29,618 nt of DNA from Thiotrichaceae bacterium. GTDB lineage: Bacteria; Pseudomonadota; Gammaproteobacteria; Beggiatoales; Beggiatoaceae. Positions within the stretch are counted from its first letter, which is position 1. Every line of letters starts with the position of its first letter. The stretch is taken from the NCBI GenBank assembly GCA_026993485.1, contig JALWSU010000056.1:1-29618 (forward strand). Reading direction: 5' to 3'. The notes under the pieces were generated by a model that saw nothing but the letters and a program-made list of their open reading frames with translations, searched no databases and had not been told where the DNA came from. The position numbers and the translations under genes were made by a program. Shown here one piece after another: positions 26,203-29,618 of this stretch.

Positions 26203-27636
26203 TTACCGATTACGCCATACAAAAGTAAGCCAAGCTAAGCTAAATGTAACAAGCGTTATCAGTAAAAGAATGAGCCATGTTGTTTGACTATGCTGTACTC
26301 TAAAAAATTTTAAGCGAGAGTCAATATTCATGGCATGAGCCAGTATAATTTGTTCTACTTCATTTAAATTTGTGCCAGTTCCGCGTATTACTTGTTCGAC
26401 TGCGTTTGAATAAACGCCACCTTCACCCCAAAAATTTTTGCCTGCTTCTTCTAAAAATTTAACTGAGGGTATGTGTTCTAGCAATAGTGTTGGTACAGTA
26501 AGCTTGCCATCAAGTTGTTCGGGATTTTCTCGACTTTGTTCTAGTTTGTCATAATATTCCTTTAAGACTTCAATATATTTAGATTCAGTTGCTGATACTT
26601 CTGGTGGTAGATCCTCGCTATCGCTGGCATAAAATAATGCTTCATACCAATAGTTGGCAATTTCCGGATGTTTATTGATTATTTCAGGTGGCCCTTTTTT
26701 ATCCCATTGTTTTCTTAATTCAGTAAGATAAGTACTGGGATCAAGTGATTTTAGACTTAAAGCTCCTGTGCCTATAAAGCTGCCACTCCTAAATTGCGTG
26801 CGTTCATCGTGTTCAATTTGATAGCGTGGCATTGAGACGTTTAAGTCTTGCTCAAATAAAAGGGCAGCGGCTTCAAAGCCCCAACGACTTACCATAAAAT
26901 CTGCGATAGTATGAACCATTGGATTCATACCAATAATCGGCTTAATAATGCTGCCACCTAATAGGATTTGAATAATCAATAAAAATGGTAGAACTGCATT
27001 CGCGGCTGAGCGCGTTTTAAAAAATGTTGATACAAACATCGCAACAGCGATAGAGGCAATAGCTGTTAGCCAGAGTAACAGAAAAAATTTAAAAAACAAG
27101 CTTGGCATTAAGATTGAGAAAAAACTGATAGATTCTGACTTAGCAATTATCAGCCCAGTTTCATACGGGTTTATCCAAGCTGGTAAAACGATAAAGATTA
27201 TGTGAAAAGTGAGAGTAAATAAAAAAACTTGTCCAAAAGCTATAATGGATAACGCTATAAATATAGAAAGAATAAAATCGAAACTGCTTAAAAAGCTCAG
27301 TCGCTCCTGTTGATATAAAATCATTGAACTTGGAATTTCGACTATGGCTTTAGACGTTCCAAACCAGACGGCTGTGAGTACGACTAGGAAAACAATGATA
27401 CTTACAGTATCTGAGGTTAGGTAATTTCGTAGTGGTTGAAAAATCTCACCGGCACCAAATGTTACAATAGTTTGAAAAACTAAGAAAAATGCAATTGCCA
27501 GAACTGGTGCTTGCAAAAAGGTGATACTTAAATCCGTCTTGTCTCTATAGAAGCTGAGTAAACGACGCTGAACTAATTTAAGAATCCGCTTTGAACGAGA
27601 ACTGGGGATGGCTGCAAAGTCGCTACTTGTTGTCAC
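26203..27636 (-). CDS. ABC transporter permease (ABC-2 type) with a large hydrophilic C-terminal region
   Basis: 477 aa with about six hydrophobic helices in the first ~250 residues. It overlaps the upstream ABC ATPase gene by 14 nt, suggesting translational coupling. Confidence 0.65.
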   Translation of the reverse strand: MTTSSDFAAIPSSRSKRILKLVQRRLLSFYRDKTDLSITFLQAPVLAIAFFLVFQTIVTFGAGEIFQPLRNYLTSDTVSIIVFLVVLTAVWFGTSKAIVEIPSSMILYQQERLSFLSSFDFILSIFIALSIIAFGQVFLFTLTFHIIFIVLPAWINPYETGLIIAKSESISFFSILMPSLFFKFFLLLWLTAIASIAVAMFVSTFFKTRSAANAVLPFLLIIQILLGGSIIKPIIGMNPMVHTIADFMVSRWGFEAAALLFEQDLNVSMPRYQIEHDERTQFRSGSFIGTGALSLKSLDPSTYLTELRKQWDKKGPPEIINKHPEIANYWYEALFYASDSEDLPPEVSATESKYIEVLKEYYDKLEQSRENPEQLDGKLTVPTLLLEHIPSVKFLEEAGKNFWGEGGVYSNAVEQVIRGTGTNLNEVEQIILAHAMNIDSRLKFFRVQHSQTTWLILLLITLVTFSLAWLTFVWRNR

Positions 27637-29059
27637 AGTTTTTTTCCTCAGAGAGTTTTGCCTCTAACTTTTTATAATAAGGAGACATTTTGTATATTTG
27701 GTGCCATTTTTCAGGTAGTGTTGTACGTTTTCCAGTTTTTGGATCTTTTTTCTCTAGGACATCAAATATGATTTTTGGCGATTTATAGGGAGAATGTTCT
27801 CCATGTGAAAAATATTTAATAGCCTCATCAGCAGGACCGTAGTATGCGATAAATCCACCGACATCAAGCACTAATAAGGTATCCATTAAGTCAAAGGCTT
27901 CAATATCAGGCGAGTGAATCGTTAATATAACCCCTTTGCCATTATCTGCAATCTGCCGTAGGTGTTTCAGAATGTTATCTGTATCTAAAGAGGATAGTCC
28001 CGAACAAACTTCGTCCGCCAGTAGAAAGGTTGGCTCTAACATTAATTCTAAAGCGAGATTAACCCTTTTTCTTTGCCCGCCAGAAATTGCCGAACAATAA
28101 TTATTTTGTTGTTTTTCTAAATTCATGGCTTTTAACAAGTCATCTACTTTTTGTTTTATAGCTTCCGGTGGCCAATCTGATGGGAGACGTAAGTTGGCGG
28201 CATAATGTAAATTTTCTTTAACAGTTAATTCGGGTATGACAACATCGTCTTGGGGTACAAAACCAATTTCTTTTAAAATTTCTGGATTTTTTTGAGTATT
28301 TTGACCTGACAAACAGATATGACCAGATCTAAGAGGAATGATTGCACGAATAGCTTTGAGTAAAGTTGATTTTCCTGCACCGCTAGGGCCAATAATACCC
28401 ATAAATTCACCAGATGGAATGCTTAATGAGCAATCGTGAATTAAATCTTGATGTTTGTTTTTGGGATGGGCGACATAAATATTTCTAAGCGTTAGGCAAT
28501 CATGAGTGGCTATTTGACTGGTTAATTTACCATTTGCTTTTAATTCTAGTTGATAAGAGCCTATTCTAATAATATTACCGTTTTGTAGTTTTTTGGTTTT
28601 TTTATCCGCTAAAAAACATATTTCCCATTGATTATTTTGACATTTTATTTCGAGAGCGTGCCAAGCTACGCGGGGAGAATAGAGTTGAATATCACAAATA
28701 TCTGATGCACCAACTAAGTTGGTTTTACCGTTTTGAAGCTGGTAATCAGTTTTGGATTGAGCCGAATCATTTTTGTTCTCTGAAGAAAAGCCGTTATTTT
28801 TGAGCAATTCTCCGAGCGTAAAAAAGACACCAGCGAGTTTTAGGGGCGTGAATTTATCAATACGCGCCATGACAACACCGCGTTGACGATGATCGACAGT
28901 CAGATTTTCCCGATTATCGCTTTTATTATGAATAAGATATTCAACAGCCGATACTGGGGTAACGGTTAGAAGAATTTTATCCGCCGAAGTGTCATCGGGT
29001 AATGGATAGGTACTGTTTGGCGTATTTCCTATTATAAGTTTTTTTTGGGTTAAATACAT
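27623..29059 (-). CDS. FHA-domain-containing ABC transporter ATP-binding protein
   Basis: 478 aa. The N-terminal FHA-like stretch is 'LVGASDICDIQLYSPRVAWHALEI...NGNIIRIGSYQLEL'. Walker A 'GPSGAGKSTLL', signature 'SGGQRKR', Walker B 'LLADE'. Confidence 0.8.
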   Translation of the reverse strand: MYLTQKKLIIGNTPNSTYPLPDDTSADKILLTVTPVSAVEYLIHNKSDNRENLTVDHRQRGVVMARIDKFTPLKLAGVFFTLGELLKNNGFSSENKNDSAQSKTDYQLQNGKTNLVGASDICDIQLYSPRVAWHALEIKCQNNQWEICFLADKKTKKLQNGNIIRIGSYQLELKANGKLTSQIATHDCLTLRNIYVAHPKNKHQDLIHDCSLSIPSGEFMGIIGPSGAGKSTLLKAIRAIIPLRSGHICLSGQNTQKNPEILKEIGFVPQDDVVIPELTVKENLHYAANLRLPSDWPPEAIKQKVDDLLKAMNLEKQQNNYCSAISGGQRKRVNLALELMLEPTFLLADEVCSGLSSLDTDNILKHLRQIADNGKGVILTIHSPDIEAFDLMDTLLVLDVGGFIAYYGPADEAIKYFSHGEHSPYKSPKIIFDVLEKKDPKTGKRTTLPEKWHQIYKMSPYYKKLEAKLSEEKNCDNK

Positions 29060-29251
29060 GATTTAATTATTTTAATTGTTAAAGTTCCAAAATTGCAACG
29101 CCCTTGTGTATGAGAAAATTACCTTGAATAAGGTTATGATAGTTTATTAATCATGGATGTCAAGATTGAGTTTGAATTTTTTGATTGTCTGAACAGTGAT
29201 TTATTTTGATTGTAAGGATTAACTGGGATTTGGTTTTTTTATCAGTTCCAA

Positions 29252-29412
29252 TCACAATAGTTCGGACAGTTTTTTGATTTTGTCATTTCGACGTAAGGAG
29301 AAATCTTGAATTATCAAGCTGTTAAAATTTATCAAGATTTCTCCTTACGTAGAAATGACAACAAGTTGTATCTATAAATCAATAAGTTGTAAAAAATGTC
29401 CGAACTATTGAA
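29252..29412. repeat. Nested palindrome: outer arms 'caatagttcggacag' / 'atgtccgaactattg', inner 28-bp arms 'gtcatttcgacgtaaggagaaatcttga' / 'tcaagatttctccttacgtagaaatgac'
   Basis: The inner arms are near-perfect reverse complements, 29278-29305 against 29336-29363. The outer arms are 29252-29266 against 29398-29412. A cagtgat/ttgtctgaac motif copy lies just upstream at 29181-29217. Confidence 0.7.
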
Positions 29413-29449
29413 AGGGACTACAGAAAAAAACTAAACTATGATCACCTAA

Positions 29450-29503
29450 TAAGCGAATTATCGCACAACACAATAAGCGAATTATCGCACAACACAATAA
29501 GCG
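29450..29503 (+). repeat. 24-nt direct repeats (iteron-like), 2.25 copies of 'taagcgaattatcgcacaacacaa', 20-70 nt upstream of a plus-strand ORF start
   Basis: Two exact copies at 29450-29473 and 29474-29497, then a partial third copy. Each contains the near-palindrome gcgaattatcgc. Confidence 0.7.
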
Positions 29504-29521
29504 TAGTTAAAATCATAAATT

Positions 29522-29618
29522 ATGGCAAAGCCTTCTGAAAAACTCGCTGAATCTCTTAACATTCTGCATAATCTTCAAGAGCGTGGCTTAGTGGCTATAC
29601 GCTCTAGCGATTTAACAC
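29522..29618 (+). CDS. 5' end of an unknown ORF that runs off the window (MAKPSEKLAESLNILHNLQERGLVAIRSSDLT...)
   Basis: The ATG at 29522 is followed by an open frame to the window edge. There is no convincing Shine-Dalgarno, and the call is by position after the iterons. Confidence 0.25.
   Translation, partial: MAKPSEKLAESLNILHNLQERGLVAIRSSDLT

Overview
This is a low-GC, repeat-rich bacterial chromosomal segment. All calls rest on reading the supplied six-frame ORF translations and the raw sequence; no database search was possible. Core genes are present: bamD, trxB, mfd, an SPFH/band-7 protein and one tRNA-like gene. They are interleaved with accessory and defence-type content: (i) a Panacea (DUF4065) antitoxin paired with an unrecognised RelE/ParE-like toxin; (ii) a beta-class SPPY amino-methyltransferase translationally coupled to a probable restriction endonuclease; (iii) an 885-aa secreted protein built from two families of tandem repeats; (iv) the most interesting part, a tandemly duplicated two-gene module on the minus strand. 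Each copy encodes a cytoplasmic P-loop (STAND/AAA_16-like) NTPase joined through one transmembrane helix and a Pro-rich linker to a periplasmic PD40/TolB-like beta-propeller, followed by a tightly coupled signal-peptide metallophosphoesterase/5'-nucleotidase. The NTPase is fused to the propeller in one copy and split from it in the other. The module is headed by an unknown 265-aa gene and flanked by secreted-protein genes and an FHA-domain ABC exporter. The intergenic space is packed with several families of structured repeats: GC-rich palindromic units including a spacer-less 35-nt x4 tandem array, hairpins with covarying stems around a conserved loop, an 'aatcacagttcagaca' inverted-repeat family, nested palindromes, and 24-nt iterons. 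No integrase, transposase or CRISPR-Cas gene is visible.
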